64,000 bases of DNA, from NCBI GenBank assembly GCA_964057225.1, contig OZ059899.1, positions 5,642,001 to 5,706,000 of the forward strand, given 5' to 3'. Position 1 is the first letter of the stretch; the number at the start of each line of letters is the position of its first letter. The notes below the pieces were generated by a model. That model saw only the letters and a program-made list of their open reading frames with translations, was not told the DNA's origin and did no database searches. The position numbers and the translations under genes were made by a program. The stretch comes from Auanema rhodensis. Lineage: Eukaryota; Animalia; Nematoda. This document shows positions 46,801 to 60,982 of this stretch, piece after piece.

Positions 46801-47786
46801 ATTATTAAATTAATTTAAAGCTTGTATGAGGTACGGTGTGTAGAAAATTACAAATATATCATTTCTTGTTTGATCACACAGAAATGTTATCTTAACAATG
46901 TGTCATACAACTTTCAATGATAAACTTATCTCTTTATCCTAACAGTAAAAGGTCTCTTCCGATTTTCTTTTCAATCTCTATGATGTCTTAACAATACCTG
47001 ATCACTAATTATCTTACTCTTCTCTTTTTCTCTAAACAATCCACTCAATTTCTACTCATTCTTGAACTCTTTCATTCATCTTCATAACTCTAGTGTCTCA
47101 CATCACCTTTCTGTAGAAAAGAGATGTATGAAGTACACGAGTTGGCGGTTCAGCTTGTGTACCAATATAAGAAGAACCGAAGACGTTCAGGAGAATTTAG
47201 CTCACTTGTTCATGTGATCAGCTAATCCTAAGCTCATTTATTCTATTTCCCTTCTATAACTATAATGAGTTAAAATGACCTCAAATGCAGAGAGTAATAC
47301 TTACAAACTACGGTAAAACCTTTTTCATAAATTTGTGTTTTCAACTTTATACAAAAACATTTTACTTTTTCAGGAAATTCTTCGCCAGCATGATATCATG
47401 TCTATATACTTTGATCTTGTTCATATTTGCTTGTATTATTGAATTATCACCTGTCTGGCAAGATGAACTATGGTTAGGCGAAACGGTATCAAATCAAACT
47501 TATTTTCTAATTAAAACCAATTCTTTTAGATTTTTTTTATTTGTATGTACCTTCTTGGCATTATCTTCATACTATTCCTACATTGTTGCCTTATCTATCC
47601 TCAGCCAATTAACTTCTGTATTCGATTGATGGCAAAATACAAGCTGATTGAATCTCCAGAGGTAAGTACATACATCAAACTATGTATAGAATCTGAGTTC
47701 ATATATATATTTTTTTCTTTTTTATTCATTCTCTTTTGATCTTTCAAACTCAAAAATCAGCCTCACGCGTTCTCTCAGTCATATTC

Positions 47787-47826
<40 letters not shown>

Positions 47827-50794
47827 TTTTCTTTTTTTTTATAAATTGATGGACTCTTGCCAAATTCCTATACAAATAATATGTTTCCCAATTTGTTCTC
47901 ATTTACTTCGAGGTCTTTGGTGTGGAAGTCAAACAACCAAAACCATGTCAATTCAATTACTGAAAAGGCAAAGAAACTTAGACTCGTGACACATTAAACT
48001 CAGATAAAGAGAAAAAAAAGAAAATTTATATATTTGGCAATATTAGTTTGAAGTGACGAGTGTTTCCTCGTTAACAATCTAAACAGAGAGTCAATGTTCA
48101 TTGGCAATATGTTAGATAATCTTCTTCAACTACCACTTATCTTTATCTTTCTGAACGTTTCTCTCATTATCAACCAATATTTTTCTGCAAAATCCAGAAA
48201 TATCACTTTTTCTTCAAAGAAGATCCACTTAAACAAAATTTTTTTGAAAAAGTTTTCAAATATATAATATATGATATATATTTATAATTTATAAGCTAAA
48301 TTACAAAAAAAAATAAACAAATTATATTTAGTATTAAGAAAATTCCATATAAAAACGATTTTCGTTCCTTTTTCTTTCATTTTTTGTGTACAATTAGAGA
48401 AACGACTACTTATAGTTTGTTCTGTTTGAGTCAATATAGAAATGATAGAAAATACGAGGAATACAGTTCCATATGCAATATCCTTCCATTTCATCTGATC
48501 ATGAGCAAACATCTAATATTACTTGTCAGAAACCATTTTTACCGAATCAACCATTTTGTTCTGTTAAATACTACAATTCCAAAGATATATACAGAAATAT
48601 AAACAATATATGATTAGATATATCATATAATCTAGAAAATTACAGTATAGTTTTACTTCAGAGATTCATTTTACAACCTGTAAGCCATAATGGTGAAGGA
48701 GCTGGAACTTTGTACCTTCGTCTCGGAGCACTCTGTAAGCGAAGGCTTGATCAAATATATTTGAAATTTTCTTTTTTTTCAGTTTTTGGATGTGCTGGTA
48801 TTGTATTATTTGGTTTAGAAATCTTTCTATGCTTCAGAAGCTATTCATGTCAGGTATACTGTAGATTAACGTATATGGTAATGGAATATATGAATTTTCA
48901 GGGACCAATCATAGCAAAGCATATAATTGGATTAATATTTACTTTCATGCAAATGCATTTCCTTTTCTGTAATACGAAGGTAATATCATAAATTATATTT
49001 TAAATAATTAATTTTTGAAATTTAGATTTCTGTTGTACGTTTCAAAAGTATTTGCAAATTTGGTTTCATGCATCTTATTACTATCAATCTTTGGCAATGG
49101 TTCAGATTTGTATTAGAAAAACAAGTAAGATTATTATATTTTCATTATTTTTTATTAATAAATATTATATTTTAGTCCTTCAAAGTTACTAAAAAAATGA
49201 AAAAGAAGTATGAAGCACAACTTCTTGATGCTGCTGCTGCTTCTTCATCGTCATCATCATCAAGTGAAGAAGAAGATTTATATTCAATTGGACATGGATA
49301 TCTCTCTGATGTTGTAAATGATACCATGGAAGCTATATTGAAGGATACTGTAACATACAGTAACGAGACAACAACGGTTATGCCATTCACATACCGCGGT
49401 CACCATAAGATGTATTCATTGGAGAATTTTGGTGATTTAGCAACATTCTTAACAACATGTCTTGTTGAGTAAGTTTTTGAAGATATATATTAATTTATAA
49501 TTTTAATTATATATAATAATTAATTATATTAATTTTTAGATATTCTGTTATTGGTGCTGCTGTTATGTTTATCATCTGGCAATCAATTGATCATCCTCAT
49601 CATGGTCATGGACATTCAAATTCTAAAAGAAAATATCGAATGGGAATGGATTGCAGGTAATATAATTAGCATAATATTTCTAAACGTGAAATCACATATA
49701 TTAATTATTTTTATAAAATAAAATGAAAAGATCGGTTGCATTAGAATTCTAATATTTATATTTTAGTAATTCATCAGCTGGCTTATTTGGTGGAATAATG
49801 TTCTTCGTAGCTTCAATTGTTTCCATGGGTGTTTATTCATTGTTTGAGAAACAAGAAGATGCTATTGGTACTAATCTTGTATTTGGAATTGTCGACATTT
49901 GCTTGTTTTCTGTCGCTTTAATTGCTTGTTTCTGGGGATTTTGGCAGTAAGTTTATATCATTTTATGTTATATTTTGCATAATTAGTATAACTTTTATTT
50001 TATTTTTTTATTTTTAGAATGCGTAAATTACAATATCGTTTACATGCGCATGGAGAAGTTATTGATGAGATTCTTCTTATTATTGGATTAACCGGTGAAC
50101 TTATCTATTGTACAATAGGTATAATTATAATTATACATACTATATATTATATATTTTAATATTTATAGGTATTGATGTATTCATTAATAATCGTCGAAAT
50201 TCTGTTGATCAAAGATCTATTTTACCAATTTTTGTTTTTATTGTTCGACTACTTCAAGTTGCTGTTCAAACTGCATTTATCTTAACAGTTTCAAGGTAAA
50301 TATTTTATTAAAAATAATTTATATTATCATGTTTTTTCCAGACTTCGATGCCTTTCTGCTTTTGCTATGAAGTATAAGCCTGGCAAACAAATTATAACAT
50401 TCCTACTCGTATGCAACTTGACTTTATTCGCATTCCATACATTTGAAGGTAATTATCAGATTAAACTTAAATCTAAAACTTTTTTCTTTTCTTTTCAGCA
50501 ATGAAACAAATCTATGGAATTCAAGATAATGCTGATTCAACTTATTTAACAATTGTCTACGCTGTTATGCCACTTCTTGTATTCTTCCGTTTTCATAGTT
50601 CTGCTTGTTTAGCTGAAATATGGAAGCATACATATAACATCAAAGAATCATCTTCTCATTCTCAACATGGAGAGAGTGTTCATGGAGCAACTACCGTCAT
50701 ATCTATTGATGATACCGGTTTATCGACTGCGTCATTTTCAACATCTTCTCAAGATGGGGATCGTTCATCGGATGATGAGGGTATCCATGCTTAA
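43840..50794 (+). CDS. Otopetrin family proton channel
   Basis: GAGTLYLRLGAL.FG, QMHFLFCN, FGFMHLITINLWQW, LTTCLVEYS, KPGKQIITFLLVCNL and the signature VMPLLVFFRFHSSACLAEIWK. Exon 1 (43840-43915, MKVPLDKK) joins in phase 1 to the exon at ~46637. Stop TAA 50792-50794. Confidence 0.9.
44963..45028. repeat. (GA)n microsatellite/purine tract in an otopetrin intron
   Basis: AGAGAG runs. Similar tracts occur at ~45500-45522 and (CT)n at ~47787-47826. Confidence 0.85.
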
Positions 50795-52838
50795 ACACTT
50801 TTCTTTTTCTAACTAATGCTTCCATATCCAAAAAAACTATTTTGAAATCCCAAAGAAGCATTAGTATTCTAAATTATAGACCAATATTCATATATATATA
50901 TATATTAAGATTTACAAAATATAAAACACAAAATATGAGCCGAAATTACTAATTGAAATATTTTTTTCAATTATATGAACTAATTTCTTTTTTTTCTTCT
51001 TTGTATCATTTTTGTTCACTCTTTTTAGAACGAAATTACACGACTACAAACTGCTTGTGGCTACCTTTAGTTTATAAGTTTCAAGATGAATAATCCATAT
51101 CTCAAATTTTTAATCAAAATATTTCATTGTTTATACGAAAATCGTTAATATTACTCACCGATCTTTCCAACCTTTTTCTAGTTTTAAGTTCATTTTCTGT
51201 TATAGTTCTGAATTATTGAACCATTAACCATGCCGGTAACCGTACATATTATTCATTTTCTTTTCTTTATTTCATTTTACTTTGTACGATCTATACTTCG
51301 GGTTTTCTCTTGTTTATTTGAAAGAAAAAGAGCTTTTTGTATAAATCTTCACTTATTTCATTTTCAAAAAAAAAATAATTATAGAAAACTATATGTGATA
51401 TGATGCTATTACTTTATGTATGTACAAATGGGATAAATAAAATTTATTTTTAAAAAAATGTATATTTTTATTATAAAATATTATAAATAATTTAATTTAT
51501 AAAATAAAAATTATAAATGAAAATGAAAATATATATAAAGAAATTGTATTTTGGGTGATATACATAGTGAAGCTGCAACAATGAAAGTGCAACAACCGTT
51601 CTGCAAAAATTTAAAACTGGAAATGAAGTGAGTGAGCAAGATGCGCAAAGAAAATGTTTGAAAAAGTGAAATAATAATAAATATTTTATATAAATTTAAA
51701 AATAACTATAAAATAAAATATTTTATATTAATAATAATAAAAATTATTATGATTTATTTACATATATATGTAAATTAAGTTATATATATAGGAAAGATTA
51801 TATTACTGTTATCTTCTAATATTAAATAAACTTTTTGAAATATTATGATTAATACATATGACATGATAAGTTTTTTTTGAAATTCGTCATCAATAACAGT
51901 AAAAATGAATTTGTTTCTTCCATAAAAATAAAAGATACAGCTCATTTAATTGAAAAAGTATATAGTAATGACCTTGATAATTCTCCTTTCAATGCCACAT
52001 GTTCGTTTTGGTCATAGCACAACAGCCTTACCATCTTCGACCTATTCAAAATCTCTCTTTGAGGAGAGACCTCATTTCATTAGTACATGCAACACAACTT
52101 TCAACCTAATATATTTTACCTTTAAAATCAATCAATATGTATTATAATCAATATATTATTATTATATTATATATATAGTTAATATATTAATAATTTATAA
52201 TATATTTATATAGTTTTATTATTTTATCTTTTCGAATAATTTCATATAGTTAAAAGGAATATGATCATTCTTTTTTTTTTATTCTTTTATTGATTATTAT
52301 CAAATATTTTATAACAAACATTATATATTCATATTTGATTTCTATATAAACATCTTAAACAATAGATCAATATCTGATATTCGTTTATTCTTCTATACTA
52401 TATGCATAGGTATTTCAATATATCATGTCTAATACTATTATATTTATTTATAAATCAATGTCTTAATATAATCTTTTATAATTATTATTACTAATATTAT
52501 AATATTATTAGTTTATATATCTTAAATATGAAATAACATAATATTTTATTATGACATCATCTTTATCATATATTTTTATATAATTTTTAAAAATATATAT
52601 TTACATATTAAATGATGTATAGAGGACTAGCTAGTATCATATCTCTATACTCAACGATATATTTATATATTTTATTTAGTTAAAACAAAAAAAATGCAAA
52701 TCTGTTAGATTTATCACTTAAATATACAAAAAAATTGTAGACTTTAAACTAAAAAAACTTCACACTTTATGATGTAGTTTCAACAAAGTTTCACCGATAC
52801 CTACACAATTCCCCCTCCTCTTTGCATAAGATCCCTCT

Positions 52839-52843
<5 letters not shown>

Positions 52844-52889
<46 letters not shown>
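52844..52889. repeat. (CT)n microsatellite (~23 units) upstream of the OATP gene
   Basis: Uninterrupted TC repeat. Confidence 0.95.
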
Positions 52890-52893
<4 letters not shown>

Positions 52894-53561
52894 TATATGT
52901 ATTAATGTATATCACTCTTCAATTCATGTTGTTGTCTCTCACTACTTCTTTCTTCCTATTTTATCTCTTATCGGAGACAACATATTGATTGAAATAGTTG
53001 AATATACAGAATTGAATGGTCCAACAATAAGATGAATCATCAAAAAGCATACCTGAACTATTCTTGACATGTTTAATTGTCAGTTCGTTAGTTCATACTT
53101 CTAAATATTATTATAATTTATTTATTCAATTATTATATTTTTTAATTTTAATATAAATAAATATTAATATTAAATAAATTATCTATATTTATAAATTTAA
53201 ATCTTTTGATATCACTCATCTCTATTATCAAATGACATTCCCAAAATCTAACAAATCCCCTTCAGCTTTTTAGCTTATCTAATCTCAAAAAAAAAAATAA
53301 ATAGTATATATCTACATATAAATATATAAAATATTATTTATTTTTTACTTATAACATACATATTTCATTGATTTCCTAAATAAATCTTTATCTTTATACT
53401 AACGGAAACGAAATTGACAAACAAACTTTAAGCATCTATGAGTCAGTATTCTCACGATCGATGCTCCAATCATTTTACAATCTATTTTTTAATATTTAAT
53501 CTTTATTTATATCTTCTTTTGAATAATATATTATTCATAAATATATTATTTATTTAGATAA

Positions 53562-56500
53562 ATGGATAAACCTTTGAGGCTTCCTGAACGGTATCACCGT
53601 CTAACTATAAATCACTTTGTTATTCTTATGATTATTGTTGTAGCAATACAGGTTTTTATTAATATTATATTAAAATATAATTTATATATATATATAATAG
53701 GGAACATATCTTGGTTATGTTGTTGGGATATTAACAACATTAGAAAAAAGATTTGGTTTAAATAGTGAAAAATCAGGATTATTATTATCACTATATGACA
53801 TTGGTCATACTATTGCCATATTAATTATAGGATATTTTGGTTCAAAAAGCCATTTACCTCGTATTACAGGAATAGGTTATTAATAATATTTATTTTATAA
53901 TTATAATTATAATAATATATAATTTAGGTGTTATAATGAGTGCTATTTCCATGTTTCTTCTTGCATTACCTGTACTTTTATATGGTACAGTTACTCATGA
54001 AACAGAACTTTTTTTAAAAGATAAGGTAAATTTTAGAATAATTTAATTTAAAATATATAATTTAGATATATATATATATATATAGTTAAATATAGAAAAA
54101 AGATTATTTTATTTATATATAAATAGTTAAAATGGAATATCTAATATTCTATTTTGTAGGAAGTATATGAGCGTGACTTCCGATGTGATTCCGGACGTGA
54201 GTTATTAAATCAACAAGATGATTGCAGAAATGAAGAGAAAGAACATAGTGTATGTTAACATTAGTACATCATTCATCCATTAACATTCAATTTAATATTC
54301 TTTGGACAATTAATTGTTTCAAAATATATTCATATACATACATAGATATGAAAATGGAGTTTATATTGATATTAAACATGATGTATATATATATATATAT
54401 ATATATAGTTTAGAATAGCATATAGTATATAAATAAATAATTTAAATATATAATATAATAAAAAAATATATTTTAGATAGCATATGCTTTATTGGTTATT
54501 GGACAAATTCTTGCTGGAGTTTTTGCAGCTCCTTTTAATACATTAGCGTATGTATACATTGATACTAATGTAGATGATCGAAGAAGATCCCCATTTCTAT
54601 TAGGTAAATGAAATTACAATTTAATATTTAATTTTATTTTAATATATCATATAATAATAAAATATTTTATTTGTTTTAGGTTTATTAACTAGTATGTATG
54701 CATTTGGACCAGCTCTTGGATTTGCATTATCAGCTGGACTGACTCGAGTATATATCACATTAGGAGAAGGTATTCATTCTATTCTTAAATTTATTTTCAT
54801 AAGAAATATATATATATATGCTAAGAAATAATAAATAATATATTTATAATAATATTAATTATTTTAAAATATGTTTATAGCTCCACCTCACTTACTTTTA
54901 TCTGATGAACAATGGGTTGGAGCATGGTGGCTAGGTTTTGTAATCTGTGGAATTTTATATATATTATGTGCAACACCATTCTTTTTCTTTCCAAGATCAT
55001 ACAAGTATGAATATAAATATATATAATATATAATAGAAATTATTTAGACCCAATGGACATGAAGTTGTTCCTTTACGATCAGCAATTAGCCCAGCTCTTA
55101 GTGATGATTCAGCAAGACATTTAACTAATTGGGAAAAGGTTAAAGTGGCTGTTCAAGGTTCATTATTTAATAATTTTTATAAAATATATATATATATATA
55201 GTATATTAATAATTAAATGAAAAGAAATAGTCAATGGGTTAATTGAAAAATCAAAATGAATTGATAGAGAAATTGAGAGAAAGAAAGAAGAAAAAACACA
55301 AATGAACTTTTCTCATTTTATGTATTTGAGCGTTAAGTACTAAGTGCCGGAAATTAAAAAGACAATAAAAAAATCAGAAAAAAAAAATTTAATTTTGAGT
55401 TTTTCATGAAAACTTTAAAAATTAAAATAAGATACAGTATACTATTAATATATTTTTATTTTAGCTTTTCAGTGTGAGTAGTACAATATGTATTTTCTAT
55501 ATAATTATAGTTATTATATAATTATTTTTTCAAAATTTTCCAGAATTTCCTTTTATTGTCTGGGATTTGGTTCGTAATCCTGTATATTTGACAATGGTAA
55601 TTGCTTGGATGTTTGGAAGCTATCTCATTGGAGGATATCAAACTTATCTTCCCAAGTACATTGAAACTCAATTTGGTCGTAGTGCTAGTGCAGCTGATTT
55701 ATATGCAGGTATATTATAATATAATAATCATTACTTCATATTTTGAATATCAATTTGTCTTCTATATTCTATAATTTCCCCAAATTATTCTATTTTATTT
55801 TTTTTTCGTTAAAACTGAAACTCATCTAACATGCCTCACAAACATTTCATGCTCTGTGTCTAAAATTACCAGAGTATTTTGACTGACTTTCAGGTCTTAA
55901 ATTGTAATTTCCTCGCAAAAAACCCATACCCAAACGGTCCTAAAATGAAAATAATATAACAAAAGATCAGAGCACATGAGAATGAAGAAATGAAGCCGAA
56001 AAATACATGAAATAACATCTGAATCTTCATATACTAATCATGAGAATGGCAATATTGACATGAATTTGTTGAACATATCTTCAATATTTTGAAGTTGTGA
56101 TTCATAGTTCTCCACATGATTAGCTATCTTTTGTCTCTGTTTTAATTCAATCTGTGTTGCTCAGTCACTGTCATTTCCTGAAGAGTAATCACTGAAAACT
56201 AGTCATCTCTCTTGAATTATTTTTCCAAATATGTATTGTTAAATCTATCTTTGTTTCAATATTATATTCTATATATACCCTTATCTTTTATTCTTTTATT
56301 CTTTTATTCTTTTTTTTCTGTTGTTTTGTGTTTCATTATTTAAGTCAGATGGATGAAAAGATCATTCTCATCCTCCCACTCTTTTCATTTGTTTTTTTTT
56401 TAATTCCATCCCAGTTTTCCATTGATAATGATTTTCTACTACATTTAATTAAACTAAAGATTATTTAAATAATATTATATTATAGGTATTATATCGATTG

Positions 56501-58361
56501 GAGCTGTAGCATCATCAACTGCTATTGGAGGTTATCTGCTTACAAAGTATGATGTAGCACCACGCAAAGCAATACTTTATCTTTGTGGATCATGGATTAT
56601 CATAATGGTTTGATGACCATCATATATCTCTGTATATTATGTATTTCAGTTGACATATTTGCTTGGAATGGCGGTTGGATGTGAGCAAACCAGTATAGCT
56701 GGACTATTATATGACGAGTATTCGGAAAGGTCCGCTAAACAACTTCTCATTCTTCAATTTTTTTTATTTAGAATCATAAAATTAAGCTAGTTTCATTGCT
56801 TTTCAGATGGTCTTTTCATGACACGCATGAGCGACATTTACATTGCTCATCAGACTGCCAATGTGAATCCGTTTTCCAGTTTGATCCTGTTCATTTTGAT
56901 GGAAAAAACTATTTCTCTCCCTGTCATGCTGGTTGCTATGACTATAACCCATACCAAGATGTGGTAAATTTGTTTTCAAAATATTTTGTGAACAAGTCTA
57001 AATTCATAATGAATGATGTCACTTGCATCTCCATAAAAAAACTAATTTTTTAAATAAAAAAAATTTTTTTTTAACTATTTTAAATGAATTTCAGTGGTCA
57101 AGTTGTCAATGTGCATTAGGTGGAATGGTTACTAAAGGTTTAGTACATAACGAGTGTAATCAACTTTTCCTTTATTTACCAATAATGTTTATTGGATTAT
57201 TTGCTGGAAATTTGTTCTTTATGGTAACAATGATGATTGTTTTGAGGTAATTGTTTTTCTATATATACTCGAACTCTCCCCCACTCCCCCCCAGAAATAA
57301 TTTGTAAAATAACTTATTTTGTTATGAGAATATATAAGCATATTTTTGATTGAATGCTGCATACATTTACTTAAAGAATAACTCTCAAATTAATTATTAT
57401 GACGAAACCAAAGATCAGGTTCCTATACCTTTTTCCAAATTTATATTATATAAGGGAATGAGAATCAAAATTATAAATTAATTAAAGAAATAAAAGAGTT
57501 CAAAAATAAGTTCTTATTAATTCTATACATCTCACTCTACAACTTTATTTTATATAATACTTTCAGATCCGTATATGATGATCAAAAAGTTATGGCTCTT
57601 TCTCTGGCTTCATGTGCAACTAATCTTCTGGGTTTCATTCCAGCCCCTATCATTTTCGGTTGGATCATCGACTCGTCATGCGTGATGTGGCATAGCCGAT
57701 GCCCAAATGGTACGTTAGAAATACCCATGATTATATTCAATTTGTTAAAAATTAAAAGATTCAGGGAACATATTTGGTTCTAAATTAGATGAAATAATTC
57801 TAAGCTATGTTTCGAATAGTGTAAATCAAATTTTTTGTTTCATGAAAACTTATAATTTTTAAAATTTAACCTATAATCATCTTTGTTTCAGATCGAGGAA
57901 ATTGCGTAATATATGACAATGGTCGTTTCCGTTTCGATTTTCATATGGGAAACGCTGTATTACAACTACTTGCTGTTCTTTTTGTAGGAGCTTGTTATCT
58001 GGTATCGATGAAAATCAAACTACCTGAGGAAGAAGTTTATGAAGAAGAAATGCAAATGCATGAACAACATCAACGCCTATTACAACCTCCTAACACTTCT
58101 GCGAATAGCCCTCTGAATCGACCAATCGAACTTCAGCACACACCCGAGAAGCAAGAACAACAACATACTTACGAAAATTTAAAAGGTGGAAAGACTGGGC
58201 CAGTATCAATTTTGAAGAAGCCACGAGACCCCCATGGCTACGTGAATCTCCAGAAAGACTCGCCAGCATCAGATACGCCTGGTGCGTCGACACCGAAAAG
58301 TGCACCAACACAACACTCATATGTTAACATGAAAGACAATAAAAGAGAGACGGACCTCTGA
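53562..58361 (+). CDS. Organic anion transporting polypeptide (OATP/SLCO family)
   Basis: LTTLEKRFGLNSEKSG, AYVYIDTNV, signature EQWVGAWWLGF, LPKYIETQFG, Kazal-like CSSDCQCE...YFSPCHAGC, IPAPIIFGWIIDSSC and RGNCVIYD. Stop TGA 58359-58361. Confidence 0.93.
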
Positions 58362-58736
58362 TCAAAACAATTCTGAAAATCGGGCTTTTCTTTCATGGAA
58401 TCTCAAAGCAAATCAAACTTAATATATTTGAAGCTTTATTGTGTCATTTCACAATGTGCTAATAAAAACAAAAATAATAAAAATGTTTTCTTTCTGTATA
58501 ATAAACCCTATAAAGAGATCGTTGAACTCGATAATAAAATCGGTACACAATCAATATATTTGAGATCATGCTCTACAACCAACGGAGTATATGAAAAATA
58601 ACTTCACGTTTCAACCTAAAGGCAAAATGGCAAGTGGGCGAAGATATGAATTATGCGATGCATTGTTGTTCTCATATTGAATTTTGAGAGCAGTTTAACT
58701 GAGCTAATCAATGCAAGGGAAATAGAGTGAACCAGA

Positions 58737-60982
58737 TTATAAGATGATGTTAACAATTGCGTTCAAACAGATTAACGCGCTTACAAACTGAAAGTTTACG
58801 TAACCATCGAACACAATTGCGGCGCTTATGATTCCCAACAAAAGATATGGACCCCATAGAATTAGATTAACAACCACCATACAAATTGCTTTTTTTCTTG
58901 CTCTAAGTTTAGCAGCTGATACAGTAGCTCTCCAGGGAGCTTGAACAACAACTGTATCTGAAATATGCACGAGAATCTTTATATCGTTGCTATATTAGTC
59001 ACACCTGATTTGACAGTTTGCGCCTCTTTCGGAAAACAACGAGTTTGAACACTTCTGATGTCGTCAACAGTAGAACAACTGGCAGAACGATCCCTCATTT
59101 CTGAACACAAAAATAATTGTTAGAGTAACTTGTACAGGTGTAGATTACCTCTGCTTAGTAAGCGACCAGCTGTCACTTCATGATGTTTCTTACTGCTGTT
59201 TCTTTCTAATCCGCTGAGTCCAATGCTCTGTTTCTAGAACGTAGGGTTTTAAAAGAAGTTGAAAGACGCTCAGAAAACCTTCTTAACTGAAGACTCAAGA
59301 CGTGGGACTGAAGTTTTCTGATAAACAGATGGCCTTTCAAGAGAAGCGGATGAGGAACGATGAATTAATGAAGGCACACAAACAGACGATGAGCGTACAG
59401 CTGAGGAGGACATCCGCTCTCGCATAAGGTTCCAGCACCAACATGGGCAACAGCTAAAGACATTTTAGTTGAAATTGAGAGCACATGTTTCACTCACTTG
59501 GCTTTCAACAATTCGGACACTGATGAAAAGGTACCTCCTTCCGCTTTCGATAATATACTAACGGTTCCCCAGAGAAAGGTCGCCTCGAGAGTGTAAGGGA
59601 TTGCGACCAAAGTAGCCAAATGTATAAAATTGAAAAACTGAAAAGATAAAAATATATAAATATTAGATGAATATGGAATAAGTACTTAAAGATTATTAAA
59701 TTAAAACTTAAAATGTACTAAAAGAACAACTAAAAACTCTGACCTGTTCAAGCCAATACATAAATGAATCTTCAATAGCTAGAGATTCTTTACTAACATC
59801 CGGTTTTTCTATATTAAACGATAGTGTGCCATTGGGAAAATAAATCTAAAATTGTTGTGAATAATGCATTAAGAAGCAATTAAAAGCGTACTTCCGATGA
59901 TTTGTTCTTTTTCATCTCTAAAAAATCTTCATATTCTTTCCAATAATGCATCTGTTCGAACATTCTATTCCGTTCTCGAAACCTAAAGATAACTTTTTAT
60001 TGATTGTTCCTTTTTAATTAACGGGAAGCAGAAAATTTATAAATGCGCAAATTCAAGCGTCAGCAGCTTGATGATGTCAATCAGATGCTCATTTGGGAAA
60101 AAATTCAAAATTTTACCATATAGATATACATTGTTCGTTTCCAACATCACCATCTTCAAAATGAACTTTTCCTGTTGAGAAAAGAAAATACTGAGGAGCA
60201 GAACATAGCAATGCTATTGCCCATACAAGACTGAGGAACATTCGCGAATTATAGGGCTCGTTAAGCTGCAAAGAGTCTAGTTTTTTCATGTCTTTTTAAG
60301 CAAAATAGAGACTGACTCACATTTCGTTTTGATCTTAACGTTCTCATAGTTGCTGCAAAAGCCAAACGATCATAAGCAATAAGAACCTAAATATTATATA
60401 TAAATATATATAATATATAAAGTATATATGTAGTTAATTTACCTGCATATTTGTTGTTAAATGAATACCAAATGTAGAAATAAACTTATATAATCGACAA
60501 AGGGTATCCCCTCCAGTCCACTAAAAGAAAAACAAAATAAATAAAAAATGTCACTTATAAGAAACAAAAACTACATCTAAAAATAAAAAGGAAATTAGTG
60601 ACTTACCCAAACATTTGAAATCCAGTATAGTTGGACGGGAGCATAGATAAACAGAATAATTCCATCAGCAACTGTTAGGCTTATTTTATAAGATAAAAGT
60701 CGAGCAGCCCAATACTGGCCCTTTCCTTTACTCCTATGAACGAATAAAAAATAGATAAAAGAATGAATCAACGAACAAACTTTACTAATCGAGCAAAAGT
60801 ATAAAGAAAAGCGAAAATACCCAGAAAAAAGCTCAATCCATATATCCATTTCTCTATCTAAATCAAGAATTTATGAAGAACTTTCGAATCAACCTTACAA
60901 AATATGACCACTTGTTGTCAATAGAACGACGAAACGCATCACCATCTTCAATGCCTTGGGTTAAATTCGTGAAGTTCTCCAT
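58737..60982 (-). CDS. GnRH/AKH-receptor-like class A GPCR (gnrr/daf-38-like), lacking a C-terminal tail
   Basis: MENFTNLT N-terminus; TM2 KISLTVADGII; ECL1 WWTGGDTLCR; TM3 IAYDRL; TM4 VWAIALLCSAPQ; TM5 HLATLVAIPY; long ICL3; TM6 LWGPY; TM7 CLNAIVNIIL followed by stop TAA at 58739-58737. Introns are GT-AG and in frame. Confidence 0.85.

Noticed and set aside
50800-53500. Extremely AT-rich stretch with (TA)n runs
   Set aside because: No periodic unit, terminal repeats or coding signal; ordinary intergenic DNA.
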